Part shown: positions 27,552-37,783 of the stretch, in pieces
Position numbering within the stretch: position 1 is the stretch's first letter
Layout of the letters: each line of letters begins with the position of its first letter
NCBI GenBank assembly: GCA_964640125.1
Contig: CAZXGG010000001.1
Location: 13,708-77,707 of the forward strand
Direction: 5' to 3'
DNA: 64,000 nt
Source of the DNA: an uncultured Rikenellaceae bacterium
Lineage (GTDB): Bacteria > Bacteroidota > Bacteroidia > Bacteroidales > VadinHA17
Program-made: the position numbers and the translations under genes
Notes under the pieces: generated by a model
What the model was told of the DNA's origin: nothing
Database searches by the model: none
The model's input: only the letters and a program-made list of their open reading frames with translations

Positions 27552-29093
27552 ATGATGCGATTTCCCAATTTCATTTCTTTTAAGGCACAGGTCAGGTTAT
27601 TTTCATTAGCCGTGTTGTATCTCATTTCACAGACCTCGTATACTCAACTGATCTATCCTGAAAAACAAGCCGTACTGGATTATCTTTCCAAGCCAGAAAT
27701 CCTGGAGAAGTTTGGAAAGATCTCAGATGCCATATGGTCTTTTGCCGAGCTGGGTTTACATGAGTACAGATCTTCAGAATTGCTAGCCAGGAACCTGGAA
27801 GAGGCGGGATTTACGGTTGAGCGTGGATTAGCTGGAATGCCCACCTGTTTTGTGGCAACCTATGGATCCGGGAAACCGGTCATTGGTTTGCTGGGTGAAT
27901 TTGATGCACTTCCCATGCTTTCTCAAAAAGGGAGGGTTCCTGAACAGGATCCTCTGGTGGAAGGTGCCCCGGGCCATGGGTGTGGTCACAACACCATGTG
28001 TACCGCTGCTGCAGCGGCAGCCATTGCCGTTAAACAAGCCATGGATCAATTCAATATAAAAGGAACCATCAAGCTATTCGGATCCCCTGCAGAGGAGACG
28101 ATCATCAGCCGGCCTTATATGATCAGGGCGGGTTTATTTGACGGAGTGGATGCCGTTATTGACAACCACAGCAGCAGCAAGTTCGGAACATCGTATGGAA
28201 AGGGAGGGAATGCTGTGTTTTCAACCATTTTTACCTTTCGCGGAACTACAGCTCACAGTGCAGGGTCCCCCTGGAGTGGACGCAGTGCCCTGGATGCTGT
28301 TGAACTAATGAATATTGCCACCAATTACCTGCGTGAGCATCTTCACTACACATACCGCATGCATTATGTCATTCTGGAGGGCGGTGAAGCGCCAAATGTG
28401 GTCCCGGACAAAGCCAGTGTCTGGTATTATATCCGGAATACGGATGAGCGTGTTGAACCAATGTATGAACGGGTGATCGATTGTGCCAAGGGAGCTGCAT
28501 TGGCTACCGGAACAAAATTGTCCGATATCCGTTGCCTGACAGCAGTACACCAGAAACATGCCAATCAAGCCGCAGCCGAATTATTCCAGAAAAACATTGA
28601 ACTGGTGGGCATGCCGGAATGGACGAATGAAGAGGAAGTGTTTGCAAAGGCTTTGCAAAAAAACCTGCAAAAAGAAGAGATCGGGATGCCGGATAAAGTT
28701 GATTCCTTAAAGGCTCCAACCGGGGTTGCTGTTGGGGGTGGATCAACGGATGTGGGCGATGTTTCACTGATTGCTCCAACGGCAACGATTCTTTTCCCCG
28801 GGGCTGTGCCAGGTGCCATAGGGCACCACTGGTCTACCGTTGCCGGCAATTATGGATCTACAGCATGGAAAGGATTAAATGCAGGTGCCAAAGCCATTGC
28901 TGCATCCGCTATCGATCTGCTGACAAAACCGGAAGAGCTGAAGAAATTGCGTGATGAATTTGTAGACTACTCAGCGGATCATCCCTATAAATCCTTTCTG
29001 CCGGAAGATGCTTCTCCTCCTCTGGACCTCAATAAGGAGTTGATGGAAAAATGGAGACCACTGATGGAAGAATTTTATTTAGACCACCAGTAA
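27552..29093 (+). CDS. M20 family amidohydrolase (AbgB-like), probably exported
   Basis: GEFDALP, GHGCGHN, GSPAEE, GRSALDAVELMN, GGSTDVGDVS. ATG 27552/27555 preferred over GTG 27516. Confidence 0.92.
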   Translation: MMRFPNFISFKAQVRLFSLAVLYLISQTSYTQLIYPEKQAVLDYLSKPEILEKFGKISDAIWSFAELGLHEYRSSELLARNLEEAGFTVERGLAGMPTCFVATYGSGKPVIGLLGEFDALPMLSQKGRVPEQDPLVEGAPGHGCGHNTMCTAAAAAAIAVKQAMDQFNIKGTIKLFGSPAEETIISRPYMIRAGLFDGVDAVIDNHSSSKFGTSYGKGGNAVFSTIFTFRGTTAHSAGSPWSGRSALDAVELMNIATNYLREHLHYTYRMHYVILEGGEAPNVVPDKASVWYYIRNTDERVEPMYERVIDCAKGAALATGTKLSDIRCLTAVHQKHANQAAAELFQKNIELVGMPEWTNEEEVFAKALQKNLQKEEIGMPDKVDSLKAPTGVAVGGGSTDVGDVSLIAPTATILFPGAVPGAIGHHWSTVAGNYGSTAWKGLNAGAKAIAASAIDLLTKPEELKKLRDEFVDYSADHPYKSFLPEDASPPLDLNKELMEKWRPLMEEFYLDHQ

Positions 29094-29549
29094 CTAGTTG
29101 ATTTTCTTTACACGGAGTGCCTCTCCTTCCACAATCATTTTATAGCCCAGACCGACACTGTAAATTACAGCGGTAGGCCTGAATGCATGGTGATACCTGT
29201 AGGAGTACTCATCCTGTTGCCAGATCTTTCCATTACTGAGTTCGAAACAGGTATCGCCGGTCCAGCCGGTGAATTCACTAACAATAATATCCTCCAACAC
29301 ATCGGTGACCTGTTCCACAGAAACAAATTCCGATTGTCCGTCAACCAGAAAATAATAGGTCTCACCGTATTTATAAATGCTAATGGATGGCTGGTATGCC
29401 CGATAGTACCAATATTTTCTGATTGTCTGGATCCAGTATTGACGGTTAATGAGGGGAAAAAGCATTTCATGATCAAACCCCTTAAAGTCACCATTAATTT
29501 TGGATTTAAGGATAAGCTCTCCGTCCTGTATTATTTCTATGGCATTCAT
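29094..29549 (-). CDS. Hypothetical protein made of two ~70-aa tandem repeats
   Basis: INGDFKGF...FPLINRQYWIQ...YWYYRAYQP vs IVSEFTGW...FELSNGKIWQQ...YRYHHAFRP. Confidence 0.75.
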   Translation of the reverse strand: MNAIEIIQDGELILKSKINGDFKGFDHEMLFPLINRQYWIQTIRKYWYYRAYQPSISIYKYGETYYFLVDGQSEFVSVEQVTDVLEDIIVSEFTGWTGDTCFELSNGKIWQQDEYSYRYHHAFRPTAVIYSVGLGYKMIVEGEALRVKKIN

Positions 29550-29672
29550 GATCGGGTTAACGCCAGGATGTATTGTCCTGTTTCTTCACACTCTGGCAAA
29601 GCATCCGTTAAAGAATAGATTCTATAATTAAATATACCTTAACTGATGATCAAATCCAAACGAGTTGTAATA

Positions 29673-30746
29673 TTATACCGTTTCTGAAACTAGAATAAGT
29701 GAATGATTTACATTTCTATCGTGGTTATAAATCAGGATATTGCGAAATTGTTTTGGGGCAAAGGGTCCGTTCACCCGGATGATGTCCGGAATGGTTTTTC
29801 GTTTGATGATATTCGCCGCGAGCCAGACACCAAATGCTGATGATGTTGGGTATTCTCCGCAGAGGTGTTTAAAATAGGCCTGGTTTGTATTTTTAAACAA
29901 TCCGTTTTGCAGGTGTTGGTAAATTTTGTTTGCATCCAGATCACCATTCAGACCAAAAATAACAAGGTCAATACCATCCACAGACAACTGTTTGCGTGTT
30001 AGAAATTCGGATATTCGCTTTTCAGATTCCACCAGATGCCCCGGTTTATAATATGTTTCCAACCCACGTATTGTGGCGTACGGGTTATTGTTTTTTTTCG
30101 CATTGAGGGTGAAGAAGGTTGAGCCCTCTCCGGGAACTGCTCCCACCGACTCACATTCTGCCAGGTGCAGATGATCAATCAACTCTTTCTTAAACCTGTG
30201 ATTTACCGATTTTATTTCCTGGTGCTGCTTGGTTATTTCATCCACTCCCCCGACCAATATGCTGTTATCCGGTTTTTCCTGGAGCAGCAGCATGGCATTC
30301 AGAAGTGCATTTTCAAAAGAGAGGCTTCCATGCACATAGGTAATATTGTATTTATTGCATTTCAGCATGACGGCAATATAGGCTGCAATGGTATTATGAG
30401 TAGATTGGATAAACGAGGTCGGATTCAGGAATTTTTCCTGATTATCAATCATGGTTGTAAGGAACTTTTCCGTATCAGCCAGCATGCCCATTCCGGTTCC
30501 GGTGATAATGGCATCGGGCTCAACCACCGATGCGTCGTTCAGGGAGAGGGCAGCAGCGGTAACGCCGATTTTCAAACTTCGGCTGAGTCTTCGTGGAAGT
30601 ACTCCTTTCGGTATGATTTCATTATAATCTGGTTCAATGCATTTCAGGAATAACCCTTCATGCTTGACAATCTCCTCAAGAAACAGGGAGTTGTCAAATG
30701 TCCTCTGCGGTGAGATATTTCCTATGCCATTAATAAACACTTCCAT
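29673..30746 (-). CDS. Beta-ketoacyl synthase chain-length-factor-like subunit (non-catalytic; aryl polyene/flexirubin type)
   Basis: RRLSRSLKIG, AIITGTGMG, PTSFIQSTHNTIA, GEGSTFF, FKHLCGEYPTSSAF. No catalytic Cys (HGSLSFE). ATG 30746 lies next to the KS stop. Confidence 0.87.
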   Translation of the reverse strand: MEVFINGIGNISPQRTFDNSLFLEEIVKHEGLFLKCIEPDYNEIIPKGVLPRRLSRSLKIGVTAAALSLNDASVVEPDAIITGTGMGMLADTEKFLTTMIDNQEKFLNPTSFIQSTHNTIAAYIAVMLKCNKYNITYVHGSLSFENALLNAMLLLQEKPDNSILVGGVDEITKQHQEIKSVNHRFKKELIDHLHLAECESVGAVPGEGSTFFTLNAKKNNNPYATIRGLETYYKPGHLVESEKRISEFLTRKQLSVDGIDLVIFGLNGDLDANKIYQHLQNGLFKNTNQAYFKHLCGEYPTSSAFGVWLAANIIKRKTIPDIIRVNGPFAPKQFRNILIYNHDRNVNHSLILVSETV

Positions 30747-30747
30747 A

Positions 30748-31947
30748 TCAACAAGCCGAAAAGATAAGACTGGAGTTATTCCCTCCAAAGCCAAATGAGT
30801 TACTCAGGACATGTTCGATTTTTTTATCTGTCACCAGCTTTTTGACCGGTTGAAAACTCAGTTCTGTCATCTGCGTTTCAAAGTTCAGATTAGGAAAACA
30901 GACCTGATGGATAATCGATAAGATAGAAAACACTGCTTCAATGCCTCCTGCCGCTCCGAGTGTATGGCCGGTGTAGGGCTTGGTTGAAGAGATAAACGGT
31001 ACCGATCCGCCGAAGATTTTTTCAATGGCAATCCCTTCTGAAAGGTCATTGTTCTCTGTCCCGGTACCATGGGCATTGATGTAATGTATTGCTTCTTTTT
31101 GCAGCCCGCTTTGCAACAGGGCTTCATTCATGGAAAGAAATGCGCCAATCCCCTCGGGAGATGAAGCGGTCTGATGGTACGCATCATTGGCATTGGCACA
31201 TCCTTTCAATTCGCAATATGTTCTCCTGGTGCCAACTGCCTGCTCCGATTCAAGAACGACATAGCCTGCTCCTTCTCCCAGGTTCAATCCTTTGCGGTTT
31301 TGATCAAACGGACGACAGGGTCTGCTATCCAAAATCATCAACGAATTAAATCCATTCAGCGTAAATTTTGACAGCGCATCGGTACCCCCGGCGATGACAC
31401 GGTCAAGCATGTTATTTCTGATAAGCTGAGCCCCGAAAATGATAGCATTGGCTGATGAGGAACAAGCGGTACTAATGGTTGAAAGGTAATCCTTTGCATG
31501 AAGCAGGTCAGCAATTTTTTCAGTGCTGTCACTACAATCGTGTGTATCAACATAGATGCGAAACCGATCGGATGCCAGGTAATCGTAATAATGGATTTCC
31601 GTTTTATCCATGCCTCCAACCGTTGTGGCAGAAACCACACCCACTCTCAGGTCATCCGGGATTTTAGGATAGATACAGGCTCTTGTTGCCGCTTCCTTAG
31701 CGGCAATCATTCCAAGCAGAGCCGATCGGGTAAATTGCGCATGATCTTCTTTCCCCGCAAGTTCAGCCAGTTCTTCATTGCTGTGTTTTACTTCGCCAAC
31801 CGGCAGTGACTGTTTATGTATGGTGTCCAGGTAGGAGATATCACCAATGCCTGAATGCGAGTTTACCAATGAGTGTAGGGATTCATCAACATTATCACCT
31901 ATTGCAGTGATCAGACCAAAACCGGTTACATAGATCCGTTTGCTCAT
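30748..31947 (-). CDS. Beta-ketoacyl-ACP synthase (FabF-like; aryl polyene/flexirubin-type KS)
   Basis: Cys-His-His triad in STACSSS, NAHGTGT and GHTLGAAG; SNSFGFGG. Confidence 0.93.
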   Translation of the reverse strand: MSKRIYVTGFGLITAIGDNVDESLHSLVNSHSGIGDISYLDTIHKQSLPVGEVKHSNEELAELAGKEDHAQFTRSALLGMIAAKEAATRACIYPKIPDDLRVGVVSATTVGGMDKTEIHYYDYLASDRFRIYVDTHDCSDSTEKIADLLHAKDYLSTISTACSSSANAIIFGAQLIRNNMLDRVIAGGTDALSKFTLNGFNSLMILDSRPCRPFDQNRKGLNLGEGAGYVVLESEQAVGTRRTYCELKGCANANDAYHQTASSPEGIGAFLSMNEALLQSGLQKEAIHYINAHGTGTENNDLSEGIAIEKIFGGSVPFISSTKPYTGHTLGAAGGIEAVFSILSIIHQVCFPNLNFETQMTELSFQPVKKLVTDKKIEHVLSNSFGFGGNNSSLIFSAC

Positions 31948-31966
31948 CCTTATTCCTGTTTCAATG

Positions 31967-33250
31967 CTACGTTTTTTTCAGCCGTTCGTATTGAAATGCC
32001 AACAGCATTGTCACAACACAAAAGAGTATAAGAGACAATGCTTGGGGTACGATTTTCTGAAGATCTGCTCCCCGTAAAAACAGATCATAAAATCCATCCA
32101 CTCCCCAGTTTAGCGGTGAAATGACACTGATTTTTTGCATTATGGGTGGCATCATGTAGACGGGAACCCATATTCCTCCGATCGCAGCAAGAATAATTAC
32201 GGATACGGATCCGAAAGAAGCTGCCTGTTCGTGACTGGTGGCTATCGTTCCAAGTAATACTCCATAACCCGTTGCTGCCAGTGCCACAGAGAGGGATAAA
32301 ATGATAAGCGCTCCAGGATGCGAGCCAAGTTCAAGTGTCGGCATTCCCAGTAAGGGAAGAAAAACGATGCCAACCATCAGCATTAAAAAGAACTGGATCA
32401 GACAAACCACAAGATAGACTATGATCTTGGACAGAAGAACGGTAATGTATGAGCCGGGCATTAACTTCAGTCGCAAAGCACTACCATCGTCCCGCTCTTT
32501 AATAATATTTCCAGTCAGGGGAATGATGATAAAGAACATGGCGAACACAGTCCAGGCAGGAACATTGTGCTGTACGGAGTTGGGAAGTACCTCATTATAC
32601 TTGTTGGAAGCATAGGTTTGTTCAATGGTTATCCCGCTCTCTCCCAAAAACGACAATTCACTCCCTTCAGGCAACAAAGGTTTTACCTCTTCAGTGAATG
32701 CCTGAAAAATTATTTTTGATTCAATTTTTGATGTGAAGTTGTCGAGTGCATTCATTACCGACTGCTTGAACGAATTTTTTATTACGGGATCAAAATAGAC
32801 CACCACAGTTGCAGTGCGGGAGGAATCCGGTTCGTAACGAAGGGAATCAGCATTTCCTTCTGCAAGGGCTTTTTCAATCAATATCTTTGCCTTTTCTCTT
32901 AATGCCTTTGTAGATCCTTCTTTGATCAGGATACCAATTTGATAATTCCCTTCTGATATATTCTGGTGTAACACCTGTTCGGAAATGTTTTGATCATCCA
33001 ATGAAGTTTTCACTGAAAAGAAACCCGTTGATGCTAATCCCTGTTCAATTGCCATCCCCAATGAATCCAGGTCATTATTAACAACCAACACCTCCAGGTT
33101 TGTTTCATCCAGTTTACGAAACGTAGAATCCTGAATTAATGTCATAACAAAGATTAACACCATCGGCATAACAAACAAAATAGCCAGGCCGGCCATATCC
33201 CGGATGAGGACCAGTATTTCTTTGATTATGGATGATCTTAATTTCAACAT
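31967..33250 (-). CDS. ABC-2 type exporter permease
   Basis: 427 aa; PNSVQHNVPAWTVFAMFF, GGIWVP, SPLNWG; follows the ATPase gene. Confidence 0.92.
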   Translation of the reverse strand: MLKLRSSIIKEILVLIRDMAGLAILFVMPMVLIFVMTLIQDSTFRKLDETNLEVLVVNNDLDSLGMAIEQGLASTGFFSVKTSLDDQNISEQVLHQNISEGNYQIGILIKEGSTKALREKAKILIEKALAEGNADSLRYEPDSSRTATVVVYFDPVIKNSFKQSVMNALDNFTSKIESKIIFQAFTEEVKPLLPEGSELSFLGESGITIEQTYASNKYNEVLPNSVQHNVPAWTVFAMFFIIIPLTGNIIKERDDGSALRLKLMPGSYITVLLSKIIVYLVVCLIQFFLMLMVGIVFLPLLGMPTLELGSHPGALIILSLSVALAATGYGVLLGTIATSHEQAASFGSVSVIILAAIGGIWVPVYMMPPIMQKISVISPLNWGVDGFYDLFLRGADLQKIVPQALSLILFCVVTMLLAFQYERLKKT

Positions 33251-34005
33251 CAGTTATCTCTTAATCGTCTCCCTGTCAGTTGTAAAAAGATGGTTTCCAG
33301 GTCAGTATATTCCGGTTTACTTTGAATCAGTTGTTCCGGTCTGCCTTCAATGATAATCTCACCATAATCGATAATGGCAATGTGATTGCAAAAATTTTCG
33401 GCTTCTTCCAGGTAGTGAGAAGTATAAATAATGGTCGTTCCTTCTCCATTCAACTCCTTCAGGTAAGTCAGGATCACATTTCTTGATTGTACATCGATTC
33501 CTACCGTGGGTTCATCGAGAAAAAGGATTTTGGGTTGATGAAGGATTCCTGCAATCAGGTTCAATCTCCGTTTCATTCCCCCCGAATAGGTTTTCACTCT
33601 CCGCTGAGCTTTTTCTTCAAGTCCAAGAAGGTGGAGACATTGTGCGATTCTCTTTTTCAGAGTGGTTCCTTTTAAACCGTACATATTCCCAAAAAACCGG
33701 AGATTTTCATTGGCGGTAAGTGTTGGATAAAGGGCAATATCTTGGGGTACCACTCCGATCTCCTGCCTGATTTTTTTTAAGTGATCAGGTAACGGCAATC
33801 CGTTCACCCTGATTTCACCCCGAGTGGGTTTTAGCAAACCGCAAAGCATATTAACGGTTGTGGTTTTCCCGGCTCCATTTGGGCCAAGTAAGCCGAAAAT
33901 TGAATTTTCCGGAATCTGCAATGAGATATTCTTTACTGCGGGATCCGTTGTACCCCTGTAAAATTTGGTGATGTTCTCAAGCTGGATGACCGTTTTGAGG
34001 TTCAT
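33250..34005 (-). CDS. ABC transporter ATP-binding protein
   Basis: GPNGAGKTT, YSGGMKRR, FLDEPT, TSHY. Confidence 0.95.
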   Translation of the reverse strand: MNLKTVIQLENITKFYRGTTDPAVKNISLQIPENSIFGLLGPNGAGKTTTVNMLCGLLKPTRGEIRVNGLPLPDHLKKIRQEIGVVPQDIALYPTLTANENLRFFGNMYGLKGTTLKKRIAQCLHLLGLEEKAQRRVKTYSGGMKRRLNLIAGILHQPKILFLDEPTVGIDVQSRNVILTYLKELNGEGTTIIYTSHYLEEAENFCNHIAIIDYGEIIIEGRPEQLIQSKPEYTDLETIFLQLTGRRLRDN

Positions 34006-35027
34006 TCTTCCAGTGAAATGGTTCTTAATCGTTTATAGATCCGCTCTTCACGATTGGCTATATCAACCAGAATATCAGCAGCATCTTCATAGGTTTCTTT
34101 ACTATTCGCCCGGTTCTTAAATATTCTTCCAGACATAATAGCAAACTGTCGCCAGCGATCACCTGCTTCAGTCATCTCTTTTGATACTTCGTTTAACCAT
34201 TCTTTTCCAAGTACTCCCGCTGCTTCCTGTAAGAATGCAGCATAGATGAAGCGAAATCCTGCACCTCCGGTTCCAATTTCCTCCAGCATACGGATTACCT
34301 GACCCAGATAGAGTGATGCCTTTTTCGGGCCCAGTTTTGCAGGCCATTTTCTCATTCTTTTCGCCAGATACCGGATCCCTTTCACCCCAAACATGGGCAG
34401 GGGAATGTTCAACATATCCTGACACGTTTTTTTTATTCCTTTAACAATTGCCTTATCCAGATCATATGTTGGTGAAATCTTCTTTACATAATACATTCGG
34501 CCAATGGGTGGATAGGTTCCCTTTGCATACCTTACCCTTTTCAAATCATGGTATGAAAGTTTTTCCGGATTCTCCATGATGGGATCACTGATGATGTAAT
34601 CTCCATTTTCACGGCCAAATACGATGATATTATGAGCGTTAAAATGGAACCGATAGGGCTTGGGAAAGTATGTCAGGTGAAAAACCCCAACCAGGCAGCC
34701 GGTAGGAATTCCTCTTTTCAGATTTTCATCCAGGGCATCCATGGCATTCTTGGGGTTTGCGAATTTTTTCCGGCTGATTTCAATTTTCAAGCTTTTCGTC
34801 ACACGTTTAAATATCCATCCGGGCAATGGACGAAATGAACTGACAGGCAAATAGTTCAATTTAATAAATGGCATATATGAGAAAAACAGTCCCGAACCAA
34901 TGCCAAAAATCATCGGCTCACTCAAATCAATGCCATAGAAATTCAACAGATTCGAAGTAACGCCATTTTCGCAATGAGCAGCAGGTCTGTGAACAAAGGG
35001 TATGTTACTTTCTTGTTGCTTCACCAT
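34002..35027 (-). CDS. BtrH N-terminal domain protein (papain-like fold; found in flexirubin/DAR clusters)
   Basis: HRPAAHCENG, LSEPMIFGIGSG, FHFNAHN, EEIGTGGAGFR. Confidence 0.87.
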   Translation of the reverse strand: MVKQQESNIPFVHRPAAHCENGVTSNLLNFYGIDLSEPMIFGIGSGLFFSYMPFIKLNYLPVSSFRPLPGWIFKRVTKSLKIEISRKKFANPKNAMDALDENLKRGIPTGCLVGVFHLTYFPKPYRFHFNAHNIIVFGRENGDYIISDPIMENPEKLSYHDLKRVRYAKGTYPPIGRMYYVKKISPTYDLDKAIVKGIKKTCQDMLNIPLPMFGVKGIRYLAKRMRKWPAKLGPKKASLYLGQVIRMLEEIGTGGAGFRFIYAAFLQEAAGVLGKEWLNEVSKEMTEAGDRWRQFAIMSGRIFKNRANSKETYEDAADILVDIANREERIYKRLRTISLEE

Positions 35028-35440
35028 TATTCTTTTCCTGGTTCATTAAACGTACATAATTCATCAATCGTGATCGTAAATGTTTCGGCATATTTTTCGA
35101 GTATTTTTTTATCCAGTTTTCGAAAAACTCCCGGTTTCAAGTGCTTCCTCACCTTTCGTTTGGGCAATTCAAGGTATTGCGCAAGTAGCGAAATACTCAT
35201 GATGTTTTTTTCCATATAATAGGCTACCGGACTTACTTTCCCTTCCAATACCTTTTGTCTGGTGTGCTCAACTTTTTCCCGAATTTCATTCCAGGCCTGT
35301 TTCATGGCTTCATTTTTGGGTTCCCATCCGGTACTAAACACCTGAACATATTTGCCATTTTCGTCCACGGCATAACAGAGGTCCCTCATTTTGCCTTCCA
35401 TCAGGCCTGCATCATCTTGTGGGACTTCCTTTTTTCTCAT
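35027..35440 (-). CDS. Conserved hypothetical protein of flexirubin/DAR clusters (C-terminal HTH-like)
   Basis: 137 aa; VPQD, YAVDENGKY, GWEPKN, SPVAYYME; coupled to the BtrH-like gene (TAATG). Confidence 0.8.
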   Translation of the reverse strand: MRKKEVPQDDAGLMEGKMRDLCYAVDENGKYVQVFSTGWEPKNEAMKQAWNEIREKVEHTRQKVLEGKVSPVAYYMEKNIMSISLLAQYLELPKRKVRKHLKPGVFRKLDKKILEKYAETFTITIDELCTFNEPGKE

Positions 35441-35574
35441 GATTATCTGGTTAAATGTTGCAGATCAATGAAAACATTTTCTTTTTTTACGATTGCGAAT
35501 GGACTATCTCCTGGTTCTGTTTATTCTAATTCTCACTGATACAGAATATTAACATTGGCATTCATCCATCTTTA

Positions 35575-36711
35575 TCATACAACGGTCAACAGAGCATAGA
35601 CATATGAAAAGCGGGCGCTTTCAGGGATCATCAATAAAATCTTGTTCCCCTGTTTTAGTTTCCCGGAATGGAAAAGCTCTTCCATCATAAAATAGATTGA
35701 GGCAGCTCCGACATTTCCAAGCCGTGTAAGATTGGTATACCATTTTTCCTGTGGGATCTCAGCACCCCTGGATCTGGTTTCATCTGCAATTTTTTTACGA
35801 AAATATTCCGATGAGAGGTGGGGTAAGAAATAATCAATCTCATCAAGGTTCACGTTTCTCCTTTTTATCACATCAACATAAAAATCGGTGCCTTTTTTCA
35901 CGATGTTTTCATCGAGAAGTTTCACATCTTGTCGAAGGGAAAAAGCTGACCGGTTGAAAAGTTCTTCGGGTTCAAACTCCTTCCAGCCCTTCATCCCGCC
36001 ATTTCCATTGAGTTCACCACCAGCATACATGCAAGTTCCGATTACATTTGCATAGGAGATACTTTCAATCCATTCAATTTTCAAAGAGCGGTTTTTTCCG
36101 GGTTTATCCTGCAGTAAAGCAGCCCCGGCTCCATCAGACAGCATCCATCTGAGAAAATCCTTTTCAAAGGCAAGGATTGGTTTTTTCTCTAACTCTTTCC
36201 ATGATTCTGCTTCCATTTGGAAATTCTTGGCGGATTCCCATGAGGAGAATTTTTCTGAGCCTGCACAAACTGCATGTTTTGATTCTCCGGCCAACACGGC
36301 GAGATAGCCAAATTTCAATGCTTGCATTCCGGTAAGGCAGGCTCCTGACATGGAAACAATTTCAACCGGTTTTGTTTTTAGTTCTCCATGCACCATAGCA
36401 GTATGGGATGGTAAGAGTTGATCGGGCGAAGTTGTCCCACAAGCCAGCAAATCCATATCATTCAAATCAAACCCGTCACCGGCAAGTTTTCTTATTGCCT
36501 CAGCGGTCAGTTCTGCATTCGAGTGGGTTGAATTCCCGTTTTTATCCAATGCATAAAAACGGTTTGTAATCTGATTATTTCGTAATACAAGATATTTAGC
36601 CCTGGATGACTTATCGCCAATTTTCCCAAGAATCTCTTCCATCTCCTCATTGGTCACAGGAGCATTTGGAAGAAACTTTGATAGTCGTGTAATGTATACT
36701 TCACCTGGCAT
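35575..36711 (-). CDS. darB: DarB-type beta-ketoacyl-ACP synthase III
   Basis: LPSHTAMVHGEL, catalytic SGAC, FEKDFLRWMLSDGAGA, PHLSS, GNVGAAS, PESARF. Confidence 0.88.
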   Translation of the reverse strand: MPGEVYITRLSKFLPNAPVTNEEMEEILGKIGDKSSRAKYLVLRNNQITNRFYALDKNGNSTHSNAELTAEAIRKLAGDGFDLNDMDLLACGTTSPDQLLPSHTAMVHGELKTKPVEIVSMSGACLTGMQALKFGYLAVLAGESKHAVCAGSEKFSSWESAKNFQMEAESWKELEKKPILAFEKDFLRWMLSDGAGAALLQDKPGKNRSLKIEWIESISYANVIGTCMYAGGELNGNGGMKGWKEFEPEELFNRSAFSLRQDVKLLDENIVKKGTDFYVDVIKRRNVNLDEIDYFLPHLSSEYFRKKIADETRSRGAEIPQEKWYTNLTRLGNVGAASIYFMMEELFHSGKLKQGNKILLMIPESARFSYVYALLTVV

Positions 36712-36813
36712 ATCTATACACTAAATTGATAATTACAACAATATATCAACCCGCAAAGATAAGAATTGTTCAGAAAGAATGCATCCAAAATAAAGATTAC
36801 CAGGATGGATCGA

Positions 36814-37737
36814 TCAGTCGATCCCGGAATAATAACGGATCAATTTCCTTGTCTTTTTCCTGTTCATCGCATGCACCAGATAAAAAATTACAGATGCGAT
36901 GGGGGAAACCAGAAAAATAACAGTAAACAGGTAGTACTTAAACAGTTTCAACCAGGGGTCTCTTCCGGGATCCCCATAGGTTCCCTTTTTCAGTATAATC
37001 CTTGCCCAAATTTTGAACATCATATGGCCCCGCTTCTCAATACTGATCAGCACAGGATCTGGTGATACAGCGCCAAGTGCAACCCATTTCTCCTGTAATT
37101 CCTGATAATCGTTTCTCCTGCATGAATCGGCCAGAACTGTTCCATATTTTGAAGATTCCCGGACATCCGCTTCAGAGACTCCTGCCCGTGGAAAAAGTCT
37201 GCCCCATATTCCTTTCCCTTCTCTCTCTCCTTTCACCAGCCAGCGGATGATGGTAATGACACTGATTAAATTGGGGGCTTTATCGAGTAATACAATATTC
37301 CCAACGAGAGTACCACCACCATTGCAAATTTTCTCCTTGACAACTTCATGCGCCATCACCCACATATTGCGGCTGCCAATAATGGTCACCACCGGTTTGC
37401 CCTGGAAAATTCTTTTGGCCTCATCGGACTGAAGAAATGAATGAACGGGTATGGAGGGAGAGAGGTACCAGATTTGATATGCCAGGATAATGAGATCGCA
37501 GTGCTCATCCGGGTTATGTTGAAGTGGTTCCAGCTCACAGGGTATCCCGGCAACCGATTCCGGAAAAGCCTGGAAAAACTGTTTTCCGCTCCAGGGAAAG
37601 GGAAAGGGATTTTTCGGTTTCAACTCTTCAAACTGCAGCATAAATTCTTCATCTTCTTTCAATGAAGATGTAACAGCATGTACTATCTCGGTTAATTGTC
37701 CGGTTTGCGAATAATAAATGACCAGGATTTTTTTCAT
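36814..37737 (-). CDS. darA: DarA dialkylresorcinol-condensing enzyme
   Basis: MKKILVIYYSQTGQL, FPFPW, YQIWYLSPSIP, GSRNMWVMA, PRAGVS; directly upstream of darB. Confidence 0.88.
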   Translation of the reverse strand: MKKILVIYYSQTGQLTEIVHAVTSSLKEDEEFMLQFEELKPKNPFPFPWSGKQFFQAFPESVAGIPCELEPLQHNPDEHCDLIILAYQIWYLSPSIPVHSFLQSDEAKRIFQGKPVVTIIGSRNMWVMAHEVVKEKICNGGGTLVGNIVLLDKAPNLISVITIIRWLVKGEREGKGIWGRLFPRAGVSEADVRESSKYGTVLADSCRRNDYQELQEKWVALGAVSPDPVLISIEKRGHMMFKIWARIILKKGTYGDPGRDPWLKLFKYYLFTVIFLVSPIASVIFYLVHAMNRKKTRKLIRYYSGID

Positions 37738-37783
37738 ATTATTTTTTAATCGGTAATCGATTCAGTAGCTGTACTTCTGTTGG

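Noticed and set aside
35441-35574. Possible hidden ACP (darC) gene between darB and the next gene
   Set aside because: 134 bp is too short for an ACP, and no DSL/DSI motif is evident.
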